Shown in pieces: positions 34,772 through 64,000 of a stretch of DNA of 64,000 nucleotides. The stretch's first letter is position 1. Each line of letters starts with the position of its first letter. The DNA comes from Podarcis filfolensis (Eukaryota), in NCBI GenBank assembly GCA_964270895.1, contig OZ185435.1; one strand, 5' to 3'. Both the position numbers and the translations under genes were made by a program. The notes beneath the pieces were generated by a model, which had not been told where the DNA came from, searched no databases, and saw only the letters and a list, made by a program, of their open reading frames with translations.

Positions 34772-34898
34772 TGTATACATATATAATATATATGTATGTT
34801 TGTTTTCTTGCACTGAGAAACACACATATATACACACACACACATATACATATGTGTGTGTGTGTGTGTGTGTGTTGCACTGAAACACACACACACAC
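34723..34898. repeat. Inverted repeat with nested (CA)n/(TA)n/(TG)n tracts
   Basis: ttctcagtgcaagaaaaca 34723-34741 is the exact reverse complement of 34801-34819. Confidence 0.9.
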
Positions 34899-35023
34899 CA
34901 AACTAGTCAGAGATCTTAACCACAGTCACACTGCGTTCCTAAAGTAGAGGGTTCAGCGCAACCTGACTTTGTTTTCAGCTGATTGGTGGAAATAAAGTCT
35001 GGCTTGAAGTGCAGAGGCTCATC

Positions 35024-35153
35024 NNNNNNNNNNNNNNNNNNNNNNNNNNNNNNNNNNNNNNNNNNNNNNNNNNNNNNNNNNNNNNNNNNNNNNNNNNNNN
35101 NNNNNNNNNNNNNNNNNNNNNNNNNNNNNNNNNNNNNNNNNNNNNNNNNNNNN
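35024..35153. other. Assembly gap (130 N) just upstream of the MCM6 promoter
   Basis: N run. Confidence 1.
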
Positions 35154-35417
35154 GTTGTTCCCGCAAAGTTGTGCGCGCGCGCACAACTTTGCGCCCGCTT
35201 CTTACGTATTCAGAACGCCCCCGCCGCTCGCTCTCCCCGTTTCCCGCGCCGTCAGGTTTGGCGCGAAAAGTTTTCCCGGGCGGACGTTCCGGTGGGGCGT
35301 GGCCTCGGCCTCCGAGCGCTTCTGGTTGGCGGGCGCTGTCACGAGGGCGTCGCTAGTGGCGCGAATTCTCCCCTCTGTCGGAGCCGGAGAGAAAGAAAGA
35401 AAGAGAACTTGTCCGCC

Positions 35418-53396
<17,979 letters not shown>

Positions 53397-53746
53397 GGAT
53401 TATGAAACAATTCTACAGTCACAACGTATCCATTCCCTATTGGAGACCAGCACTCAACTGGCTAATTTTATATCTTATCTGTCTATCACTGTTGTACATA
53501 GTTGGCTACCCAAAAAAAGCTTTGTCACATAATTCACCCATCTTCTGTTTTTAATTCTCTCTTATTAAGGGAAAAGCTTCTCCATTCCTTTCCAGAAAAA
53601 GGGCCCTGCAACCTAACAGGGCAGCTTTTTAGAACAAAACTTCCATATCCTCAGCTGCTTTTATCCTTTTTACATACTTTTTTCTGCATCTCTGTAGCAT
53701 AATCTTATGTTGTAGGTCCCCTTGACTCCTATCTTAATTTGTGAAA

Positions 53747-53752
53747 AATAAA
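53747..53752 (+). terminator. Probable MCM6 polyadenylation signal AATAAA
   Basis: AATAAA about 350 nt after the stop, followed by a T-rich tract. Confidence 0.65.
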
Positions 53753-54469
53753 GCATTCTTTATATACAAAATGATTTCTTTTTCTTTTTCGCTACAGAAA
53801 TAGGCCCAAACACCACTTTAAATAGGATTCTATAAAGCTGTGGCTCCAAACCGGATTTGGGATCTGTTGTTCAATGCTTGAATTATAGGCTTAAATGTTT
53901 TGGACTTGGTATGAATATGATGATTTCACCCTCACCATGTGGACAGACCTTCACACAGAAACACATTAAGACCATGAATAGATGATACATTTGCCACATG
54001 AGGCTCTATCCTTCACTTGGTTTTATTAAAGAGCAGCGATACAGGGATGGGAATGCAGGCCATGGCATGCAAGGGCAGGTCTGACTTCCCACACATGCTG
54101 TTTTCCTGACCACAATCCTCACCCCCGGCTATTTGCTCCCAAAGTATCTGGGTGGCAGTAACTTGGGGTGAGAAAAAGGCACAGGAGGAAGGGTCACTTG
54201 TCGTCATCGTCCCCGTCCCACCAGTGCCAGTTCCTGTTTTTATTTTAAAATGGAAGACAAGCCCACACAGTAATCATAGTTGACATGCTGTCTATTCTGT
54301 GTATAAGAGTTTCTGCATCCTGTTTTTTACTATTATTTTCTTATTCTGATCTCGGAGTAAACTGGGTAGAAAACAAGGGTTTTTTTTTATCGAGGGGAAC
54401 GTTAACTATTTTCTTTCCAATTCTCTGCACTTGTGTTAGCAGCTTTGATTGGGGAGCCCTGCATTTTAG

Positions 54470-54734
54470 TATCTTCTGGTTATCTAAACGGACTTTTCCA
54501 ATATCTGCATTCAGGCTTGTATTGTTAAGCCCAGCAACTTTATTTCTTCAATACTCTGCATATGATTCATTAATAATAGCACCTTCAGTGGGACTTAAAC
54601 CTTTGATTGTCTTATCTTTGTGTACGTTGAGGTTAGGGAACTTTGCATCTTCGTGATTGCACAAGTTGTTAATTATGTCATCTCTGATGTAGTATAAGAG
54701 TGGCACAAGTTCTTCCACCATTGCATTAGCAGAT
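54470..54734 (+). promoter_or_regulatory. LCT proximal promoter
   Basis: TATAAG 54693-54698, 42 nt before the ATG; HNF1-like GTTAATTATGTCA 54668-54680; GATA sites (AGATAA on - strand) 54611-54617 and 54480-54485. Confidence 0.6.
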
Positions 54735-55392
54735 ATGGCACTGGTGTACAAGGTGTGTTTGGTTTTTCTGTTTCCTTTGCCTTGCTTTGGAGTAGGCTGG
54801 GATCTTACTCAGAAATTTATTTTAGTCGCCGGCCCTCTTAGCGATGACTTAGTAAGTAATTTAAACTTCCAAAGTGGACTTCTAAGAGAACCTCTCAGTT
54901 CTGCAACGGGACAGTCAAACTACCTTTGCGATGGGTCTTCCTTACCTTCTCTGCCGCCGTACTTCGCTGAGCTCCGTTCAAGTGGTGTGACCCATTTTAA
55001 AGTCTTCTTGCCTTGGACTCGCATCTTTCCGGAGGCAAATGCCCGAAACCCCAACCGGACGAACGTTGAATGCTACAGACAACTTCTGAGAACTCTCAAA
55101 GCAGCTGACATTGAACCGGTTTTAATTCTACATCAGAAACGTTTGCCGAAGTCTTTGGAGACCCGGCTTGCTTTGAGCAAATCTGTGACTTTCACCGACC
55201 TTTTTGTGGAATATGCAGAATTTTCCTTTGCATCTTTTGGCGACTTGGTGGACACCTGGCTCACTTTTGGCAGCCTGCCTGAGGACATGGAGCGCTTGCC
55301 TCATGGAGATCCGCTGGCCCTCCCTTTGCAGGTGCTAGCTTCAGCACATGAGAAAGCTTATGAAATCTACCATGAAAAGTACTCAGCAGAAG
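54735..55392 (+). CDS. LCT: LCT exon 1 (signal peptide and domain I)
   Basis: [19 protein letters not shown]...AGPLSDDL...HFKVFLPW...[12 protein letters not shown]...[16 protein letters not shown]; donor gtaaag. Confidence 0.93.
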
Positions 55393-58300
55393 GTAAAGAA
55401 ATTGGTGGGGAGGAGGGAACATGGGATGTGCCTCTGGATAATGTAACATGCACTATGCGTGTGGGGTGTGCATGTGAATGAAGTGCGTATGGAAGACGTG
55501 ACTTCTGCGCACGTACTGATACTGCACAGGCCTTGAAAGTTCTGATCGCTATCTTGCTGGGAGGGGAGGGATGTCTTTCATTTAAGAAAAAAAATCCTTT
55601 GACTTCTTCTGTCTTGCCCACCAAGCCTCTTAGATGGGCCCAGCCATTGTCCTGTGCCATCTTTCTAAGACTCCTGCCAAAATTATTTCTTGTCTGCTGA
55701 ACAAATGGGCCAAGGAGCCTTATAATATTTAAGAATGACGCGGAGAGAACACGGCTAAAATCAGAACGATCTCTTCATTCAAATCTCCTCTCAGCCCACA
55801 CTTTTTCCATTAAGGCTTAAGTGCAAAGAACTTGTCCTCCTCCTGATACTGAACAGAAGTTCATTCAGATGAACACACATTGCTTGAATATATTACATGC
55901 AGTATACGCCACCAAACTTAGAATTGGGGCAGAGATCAGTTTGTAAAGCACATGAATGTTGATGCCACTACCGTATTGGCCCAAATATAAGCCACACTCA
56001 AATATAAGCTGCACCTTTAAAATTCAAGGGGGGGAGAGAGACAATACCCGAACCCTTAAAATTCCGCAGGCACTCATGCCCATACCGTTTTACCGTATGT
56101 CTGTTTCAGCAGCGATATCAATAAGAGCCCATTTTTGTAAGGTCGCGAATTTAAGCCGCGCTTTAACTTTTCAGTCAGAATTTGGGGGGAAAGTGAGGCT
56201 TATATTCAGGCCAATACAGTATATAATGAGAAAACTATAAAGGAATTCCTGGAGATTGCTTCTAGTGAAAGTATTCCCTCTCCTTGCATTGAAATTTTGA
56301 AAATAAAATTGACAACATACTTTGTCTCTCATTTACAGATGGGAAAATGTCCATTTCACTAGATGTTAGTGATGCTGGGCTGGTGTCAGCAAGATCTTTG
56401 TTGACTTCAATTCTGGTAATGCCTTTTATTTTCTTAGGACTCTTACAACAGCATATCCAGTAAAGCCAGAGGAAAGAAATTATTTCAATGCGTAATTCTT
56501 TTGTGAAACCCATTGCCACTTAGATGGTTATAAAAGGGGGTTAGACGAATGAAGGGTGGGCATATCAGTGGCTTGTTTATTTGCTTGTTTTATAAGATAT
56601 CTTAACTATTCTTCCCCATAAGCTCCCTGGGCAGGTTACAACTCTCTGGAAGTTATTTGCCAAAGCAGAGTTGCCTCTTTCTAGATAGATACATAGTTGT
56701 CACTTTCTCATAATTAGGGGATGTGGGTGGTGCTGTGGCCTAAACTGCTAAGCCTCTTGGGTTTGCTAATCAGAAGGTCAGTGGCTCGAATCTGCCCAAC
56801 AGGGTGAACTCCCATTGCTCTATCACAGTTTTTGCCAACCCAGCAGTTTGAAAGCATACCAGTGCAAGTAGATAAATAGGTACCACTGCGGTGGGAAGGT
56901 AAATGGCATTTCCGTGCGCTCTGGTCTCCGCCACGGTGTTCCATTGCGCCAGGAGCAGTTTAGTCATGCTGGCCACATGACCCTGAAAGCTGTCTATGGA
57001 CAAATGCTGGCTTCCTCGGCCTGAAAAGTGAGATGAGCGCTGCACCCCATAGTCGCCTTTGATTGGACTTAACTGTGCAGTGATCCTTTATTTACCTTTT
57101 TACCTCATAACAACCAGAGGTATTCCCTGAAAATGTCAACCCACAGACCCATTTTTCATTTTCATATATAGTTAAAATTTTCTCTATCACTCTTAAAGAT
57201 CATTTACCAACCTTTCATTATTTTTCAAAATGGCATTTTACATGTGAGGGGAAAAACCAGAAACATGACATGCAAGATGATTCAGAAATTCTCTTATCCC
57301 TCACCCCATGAAACTTCAGTTAAAGAGCTCTCCAAGAAAATTGGTGATAATGATTCTTTATTTGAGAATGAGGCGGAGCTAATTGTTACGTAATTTACTG
57401 CGCACTATGTCAATCATTCCATTAGGGAGAGCATTTTGGCTAGTCAGATGGAATGATCCCCCCTACTCTTGTGTGCTTTTCTGGGTGTCCTCGCAACACC
57501 CTCCCCTGAGCAGATTTTAGGGACTTGGGGAGAGGAGGGAGGAGCCCCATTGTGCTAGCCAAACTCTTGCCCAATTGAATCCCACCTAGAAAATAAGGAA
57601 GAATGTCAATAGAGGAACTCTGGTTCCAAGTATAAAGTAATAATAGGTGCTGATGCTGCCTAAAGTGTAACTTCAGTTATTATAAATGCTATATCTCTCT
57701 GTGACAATGCTCTGTTTTGATTCCAGGACTCTCTGGACTTTCTCTCTCTCAACCTTCAGTACAACTGTGAAAGGGAAGCAGCTTTCCAAAAGTTCCTGGA
57801 TGAGCTACAGGTAATTCTTAGCAATTGTACCAAGTGTTCTATATGGATGCTATCTGTTATAGATGGACACGGGAGGTGATGTCACACAGTTTTGACAGTC
57901 CTCCTTGATACAACTCATGCATTTTGCTTTGCTTTTTCGTTTATAGCATATGGGGACGAACAATATGGGTATTTTGCTCTTTAGTCTCAAGTTCCACGAG
58001 TGTTCCTCCCTGCAAGAAAACCGATTTGCAACAGTGGCTTCCATTTTCACTGGTAAGTGTCTTCTGTAGGAAGGAACTGTGGTCTTGTGGCATGCCTGTG
58101 TGGTATTTTGGATGTGTGGGTGGAAGTGAAATACAATACAGGGTATGCTGTCGTCCGTATATGTATGTATTTATTTCAACCCTTTATATATCACCTAATA
58201 GCATGGTCTCCAAGTGGTATACAGTGAAGTTACAAAAGATTTACTGAGGATAGAATTGGTTAAAGTTAACAGTAAAATCAGAAAAGCTACTTTAAACGCC

Positions 58301-61300
58301 TGCTGAAATGAAAAATTTGCCTTCACCAATTTTGCTGGGGGGGGGGGCTGTCTGATCTCAGTTGTGAGAAAGTTCCACAGAATTGGGCCCACAATACTTG
58401 AATGCACAGCTCCTGGTGGAAATGAGCCAAGTCTCTCCCCACTACCGCCTGTCCCCACTATTACTGTACGAGAGAGACCTTGGTACTATTTACAGGAAGT
58501 GGGGCTTCACTGAAAAAGAACTATAGCATAGGACTGGATGTTACTGGCCTAATGTCTGCCCTTTTCCATTGTGCTGATACACTTCTCTTCTCTTTCTCTC
58601 TCCCCCCCCCCCTCTATTTTCAGCCATTTCTGAAGTTCAAGCATGGGCAATAGGGTATGATGTGAATTGCGTCATGAACAGCTTGTCCGTTCAAGCAATT
58701 TGGTACAAAATGTTAATTTTTAATGTTAAATTAGTTTGGTTATGAAGCTGTGCTACTTGCACAATTAAGACTACAGTCCTTACACAGGCATATGTTTGTG
58801 TGTGTGTGTGTGTGTGTTTCTGCATGCATACGTGTGTGCATGTGTATACGAGTATCTAATATAGAGGTATATTCCAATGATGGTACTCTATGGTATGCAA
58901 TACTGTTACCTTTTTTTGTTCTTGTTGTTGCTGACATTGGCAGCCATTTTGTGCTGGCACCAATGTCATTTTTATCAAGGTATGAGTCCTGCCAGCTCTC
59001 TCTCTCACTCTCTCTTTTTTTTAACTACAAAAAGCACTGGGTATATGTATATTTAATCAAGATATAGAAAATAACATTTCAACTGTGTAATATAAATATG
59101 GAACATAGACTAGCAGGCTTAATGAATCTTGGCTTGCTGTATGTTTAGCTGAATAGTTAGAGTTTCTTTCATTCAGGGATAAGGGCCACATTCTGTCGTG
59201 AGCAACCTTCTGGGAGCCACGTGGTGGTAGTGGGCGGGGACAGAGCTAAAATTGAGTGGAGGAATCAATGTGACTCTTACATTGCTACATTCCAGCGACA
59301 GAAAGCCAGAGTTCCACCTATTTCTCTATCCAAGAAGGCAAGAGACATTATCACAGTTCAAGGACACAGTCTAGCCATGCGAAAGCCATTGGGGAGGGTG
59401 CAGAGAGCAGGGCCAATGCTCTCTGCACCCTCCTCAGTGGCCTGGGGAGAATCCTGAGGGCCACATAGAGAGGTCCAGCAGTTCACAATTAGTTCCAAAG
59501 CCTATGATTCCCCACCGCTAATCCATATGTAGATGATCATTGTTATACAGATTTAGGCTTGCCACATTAAAAAAACAAAACAAAAAAACTGGATAAATTT
59601 CTGTAAGTTTGATACCCACGATATTTGAAATCTCTATTTTCAGCCTGATTTGAATGCTTATCCATCCTGAATAAAAATTTAATGACAATAAAAGTTTGAT
59701 TTATTTATTTAACTTACTGCATTTCTGTTCTGCCCTTCCTCTGAAGATCACAGGGTAGTTTAAAATACAAAATACACAATATAGTAACAAATAAAACAAT
59801 GACCCCCTCCCCTATTTTGAACGACCATAGATTGTTTAATTAGCCAGAGGCCTGGGAGAAGAGGAATGTTTATGCCTGGTGCCTAAATTGTTGACATATT
59901 CTCTCTTTCTTTTTTTAGCTTGTACACAGGAAATCTGGCCGGCCAACCAAAGGCAAAGGAAACCCTGATACCTACTATTGCTCCACTTTCATCCTATCAA
60001 GCAGTTTGGGAAAGATTTGCCAGCCAACCTGAGCTGGAGAGAGACTCCTTTTTGCTTGACCTTTTCCCTCGCGGTTTTCTTTGGGGCACATCAACAGGTT
60101 CCTTCAGTGTGGAAGGAGCCTGGAGAGAGGGTGGGAAAGGGGAGAGCATTTGGGATCAATACGGGCACCAGGGCCATGGCCACATGAATCAAACAGCCGA
60201 TGTCGCATGCGATAGCTACCACAAGCTAGATTATGACGTTTATCTCCTTAGAGGCCTTCGCCCAAATATTTATAAATTTTCTATATCCTGGCCTAGGGTT
60301 TTTGCCAATGGGAGTAAGAGCAGCTTGAACCCTCAAGGCGTAGATTACTACAACAAACTGATAGACAGCTTGCTGGATTCAAATATTGAGCCCGTGGTTA
60401 CCTTGTTCCACTGGGACCTGCCACGAGCTCTGCAGGATCTTGGTGGCTGGCAAAACGAGAGCATCGTCACTGCCTTTGCAGAATATGCAGAGTTCTGCTT
60501 TGCTACTTTTGGGGATCGTGTTAAATTCTGGATTACCTTCCACGAACCCTGGGTCATTAGCTACGCTGGCTATGGCACTGGGCAGCATCCTCCAGGAATT
60601 ACTGATGCAGCCGTGGCATCCTATCAGGTACTGACAACAAGTGCAGCAGCTTGGGCCTAATTTTATGGGTTGTGTTGACTCTACAAATAGAAAAGGTGGA
60701 CCGTTGCCTCCTAGTCTGTGGCTAGTTCTTCTCTCACCAGACTTAGCCCCATATCTGATTTTGCCAGAGGGCATGAATGGAGTCAATGGGCAGATGAGTC
60801 TTTTAAGTCTGGTCAAGCTACCGTGTTCTAACCTATAATAGCAACAATCTTGCAGCAAGTGTGTGAGCATGCAGTTGACTCTTCAGTTGGTCACTGTTCT
60901 TGTTCAGAGGATGGCTTTGTACCCCCAAATGTTTTGACTTAAACATCAGATAACATGAATGAAAAAAATTGAAATTGGCTGGATTTGTGCCCTTTTCATT
61001 CTGAAATGGCTCTCTTGCCTACCTTAATGGTATTGACATGATACATTCCAGAGAAGTGTCTCTGCCAATGGAACTGTGGTGGCACGGAAGCTGTTCTCTC
61101 GTGGCTCTTATGCCATTTGGCTTCTTCCCATGTCAGAGAATTGTCCCTCCCAGGGCTTGGAACAATACTGACAGGGAAAGGTGTCACAGCATAGAACAAA
61201 CTCCTTACATGTTACTTCTGGCACTACAGAGTAGTATTGGAAGTGGCCGCAGTGTGGTTAGAGAGACACTGGCTGTGTAACATTGGAAGGGACCCTCAGA

Positions 61301-64000
61301 AGCATTTTCATGCACTGTGAAAAAAACAACAACCCATTATCTCGTTCCTGATAGGGGCCACTGTATATTTGGCATCCTATATATTCAGAAGTGGGACGCG
61401 GGTGGTGCTGTGGGTTAAACCACAGAGCCTAGGACTTGCTGATCAGAAGGTCAGCGGTTCGAATCCCCGCAACGGGGTGAGCTCCCGTTGCTCGGTCCCT
61501 TCTCCTGCCCACCTAGCAGTTCGAAAGCATGTCGAAGTGCAAGTAGATAAATAGGTACCGCTCTGGCGGAAAGGTAAACAGCGTTTCCGTGCGCTGCTCT
61601 GGTTCGCCAGAAGCGGCTTAGTCATGCTGGCCACATGACCCGGAAGCTGTACGCCGGCTCCCTGGGCCAAGAAAGCGAGATGAACGCCGCAACCCCAGAG
61701 TTGTCCGCAACTGGACCTAATGGTCAGGGGTCCCTTTACCTTTATATTCAGAAGTGGTTGTCCAAATAAGCATCTTTAAACCCATATCTACAAGTAGACT
61801 AGCAATCTCTTGGATCAGCAGAAGTAATTTTTCTCTCCTTCCACACCTGAGACCACAGCGCAGTTGAGCAGTGTATCAGAATGTTTGAGCACCACTTAGG
61901 TATGAGGAGGAAGAAAAGAGTTTTATTAGGGTATTGTGCTTCAAGGGGTTTTAAAAGTTTAAAAGGGGTTGGCAAAGATTTCCAAATATCAGGTATCTTA
62001 TAATGAACTTCTAAAACAGAATGTATAAGGTGGTACAATGAGAACTACTGGCACATTCGATATTTCCTGGCAGATTTGTGAGGATTTAGTAACCATACAT
62101 CAAAACAGATAATTGAGTAGATGTCAGGACATCTTCAGGGAAGAATCCCAGGGATTTTTTTATTGCCTTACAAATACCACACAGCTATCCATCATGTGAC
62201 TGTCCTGCCATGAGACTGGCTGATGGACAGTTTCTGAATACTTGCAGCACATGTATCAGCCTGTAGGCAGACCTGGATTAGCCTGCTCTGGGAATAGTTT
62301 CTGCCACATGAGCGTATATTATGTTACCAGTTACTTGGAATATAGGCTAATTTAGATTTAGTTGTTGGAACACTTTGGCTTCCAAAAGAAAGGAGTTGGG
62401 GGAAGAAATGGAATCTTTAGCGGACTGGAATTGAAACCAGTTTAGGACAGATACTTTTATTGATACAATACCATATGATACAGTCATGTTATCAGATGTT
62501 GGGGACTGGAAATGTTACAGCAGCAAGCAAATGAATGAGAAGGTAGTTCTCTTGCTTTTGAAGGAACTGTTTCCTGCATTGCAAACTGTAGCAAGTGTTC
62601 TTTATGACGTAGTGCAAACTTGATTTTGAGCTAAGGTATGACAAAAAGCTGCTATAATTATTTGATCTCTAGAAGCCTTGAGGGAGGGGGTTGGAGCCTG
62701 GGCCCCTCAAATATAATTTGAATGTTATGAGGAAATGTACTGGGCTGTAAATATCCATGGTGTGTACGTATAAACCTGTCATTCTTCTTGGTCCAGCGAG
62801 CCCAAGCGTAGTCCAATGTTGTACCTTCAGGTGTTGTTGGGCTACAACTCCCCCCTCCCCATTCCTGACCTTTGGCCATGCTGACTGGGCCTAATGGGAA
62901 TCTAACAACATCTGGAGGGAATCCATATTGGCTACCCTTCTCTGCTGCGGTTGAAACCAGTTCTCCAAAGTCTCAAGCAGAGGCCTTCCCTAGCATTTAC
63001 AGTGGTACCTCGGGTTGAGTACTTAATTCGTTCCAGAGGTCTGTTCTTAACCTGAAATCGTACTTAACCTGAAGCACTACTTTAGCTAATGGGGCCTCAT
63101 GCTGCTGCGCCACCGGAGCACGATTTCTGTTCTCATCCTGAAGCAAAGTTCTTAACCCGAGGTACTATTTCTGGGTTAGCAGAGTCTGTAACCTGAAGCG
63201 TATGTAACCTGAAGCGTATGTAACCTGAGGTACCACTGTATATAGATCATGTAAAGGATGAGATGTGGGGGCACTTCCTTCATGAAAATGATGTGCTCTA
63301 CCAGTGAGTTGTACTCAGTGGAATAATACTTTCCCCTTCCTTCCCATAAAAAAGGTGGCTCATGTTATTCTCAAAGCTCATTCTCGAGCCTGGCATGTTT
63401 ATGATACCCAGTACCGCCCTGAACAGCATGGGAAGGTGGGAATAGTATTGAATTCAGACTGGGCTGAACCCAAGACCCCAAGCAGTGCTGAGGATGTGAG
63501 AGCGGCAGAACGCTACTTGCACTTCATGTTGGGCTGGTTTGCTCACCCGATATTCGTCAACGGCGATTACCCAGAAGTCCTGAAATCCCAGATCCAGGAG
63601 AAGAACCAGCAGTGCTCAACTCCCGTCGCCAAGCTCCCCACATTCACCGATGAGGAGAAGCAGCAAGTGAAGGGGACGGCTGACTTCTTTGGCCTTTCCC
63701 ACTACACTTCCAGGCTCATCAGTGCTCCAGTGAATCATAGCTGCGCTCCAACCTATGAGGATATCGGAGACTTTTCCCAACACGTGGATCCTTCCTGGCC
63801 GCAGACGGCTGCACCTTGGCTCTACGCCGTGCCTTGGGGGCTGAGGAGACTGCTGCTGTTTGTGTCCAAAGAATATACTGGGACAACAAGGGTTCCGATT
63901 TATATAGCCGACAATGGGGCGCCCACAGATGACGGAGGCGATCTTGTTAATGACACCATGAGAGTGGATTACTACCGGCTTTATATCAACGAGGCTTTGA
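54735..64000 (+). CDS. LCT: Lactase-phlorizin hydrolase (GH1 family), exons 1-7, truncated by the window edge
   Basis: Exons 54735-55392, 56339-56415, 57727-57810, 57947-58052, 58624-58702, 59919-60627, 63355->64000 join in frame. Signal peptide, degenerate domain I, domain II with [49 protein letters not shown]. Immediately downstream of MCM6 as in mammals. Confidence 0.95.
55971..56219. mobile_element. TcMar (Tc2/Kanga-like) MITE in LCT intron 1
   Basis: TIRs ccgtattggcccaaatataagcc / ggcttatattcaggccaatacag; TA TSD; 249 bp. Confidence 0.75.
56339..56415 (+). CDS. LCT: LCT exon 2
   Basis: [25 protein letters not shown]; 77 nt; phase 1 to 0 fits. Confidence 0.82.
56717..57103 (+). mobile_element. 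Older or other-subfamily Sauria SINE in LCT intron 2
   Basis: Same body (gtagataaataggtacc, gtcatgctggccacatgacc) with more substitutions and an extra segment near 56990-57020; tail tttacctttttacc. Confidence 0.8.
57727..57810 (+). CDS. LCT: LCT exon 3
   Basis: [28 protein letters not shown]; 84 nt. Confidence 0.9.
57947..58052 (+). CDS. LCT: LCT exon 4
   Basis: [35 protein letters not shown]; 106 nt; tag|...|gtaagt. Confidence 0.8.
58624..58702 (+). CDS. LCT: LCT exon 5
   Basis: [25 protein letters not shown]; 79 nt; phase 1 to 2 links exons 4 and 6. Confidence 0.8.
59700..59890 (-). mobile_element. L2-like LINE 3' fragment; another fragment about 58240-58440
   Basis: tttatttattt tail; aggcctgggagaagaggaatgttt..gcctggtgcctaaa. 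Confidence 0.5.
59919..60627 (+). CDS. LCT: LCT exon 6 (start of GH1 domain II)
   Basis: [20 protein letters not shown]...[33 protein letters not shown]; 709 nt. Confidence 0.95.
61393..61742 (+). mobile_element. Sauria SINE in LCT intron 6
   Basis: Near-identical to the 29129 copy in the opposite orientation; 13-bp TSD tatattcagaagt at 61380-61392 and 61743-61755. Confidence 0.9.
63000..63238 (-). mobile_element. Tc1/mariner MITE, copy E (LCT intron 6)
   Basis: Same family, inverted relative to A-C; TA TSD. Confidence 0.85.
63355..64000 (+). CDS. LCT: LCT exon 7 (domain II, runs off the window; missing from the ORF track)
   Basis: [16 protein letters not shown]...[11 protein letters not shown]...[14 protein letters not shown]...PIYIADNG...[13 protein letters not shown]; open for 215 codons. 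Confidence 0.95.
   Translation, partial: MAHVILKAHSRAWHVYDTQYRPEQHGKVGIVLNSDWAEPKTPSSAEDVRAAERYLHFMLGWFAHPIFVNGDYPEVLKSQIQEKNQQCSTPVAKLPTFTDEEKQQVKGTADFFGLSHYTSRLISAPVNHSCAPTYEDIGDFSQHVDPSWPQTAAPWLYAVPWGLRRLLLFVSKEYTGTTRVPIYIADNGAPTDDGGDLVNDTMRVDYYRLYINEAL

Noticed and set aside
54735-60660. ORF-track proteins 54735-55481 and 59920-60660 as complete genes
   Set aside because: They are LCT exons 1 and 6 read through into introns; the true ends are the donors at 55392 and 60627.

Overview
Vertebrate genomic DNA, almost certainly a squamate and probably a lacertid lizard (inferred from Sauria SINEs and a Bov-B LINE). It carries the conserved DARS1-MCM6-LCT block, all on the + strand: DARS1 exons 5-16 (5' end outside the window), the complete 17-exon MCM6 (827 aa) with a CpG-island/E2F promoter, and the first 7 exons of lactase-phlorizin hydrolase (LCT), which runs off the right edge. 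Exons were mapped by hand with GT-AG boundaries and continuous reading frames; exon numbers follow my recollection of the human genes. The 8.5-kb DARS1-MCM6 spacer holds a full-length, ORF-intact Bov-B (RTE) LINE with a 13-bp TSD among nested SINE, MITE and LINE insertions. Other points of interest: an Asp at the catalytic-nucleophile position of LCT domain II, an inverted MITE pair bracketing an in-frame block of MCM6 exons 5-16, a rearranged hAT end forming a 90-bp inverted repeat, and a compact counterpart of the human lactase-enhancer intron. I found no convincing wholly new gene system. There are two N gaps. Repeat family names come from pattern recall, not database searches.
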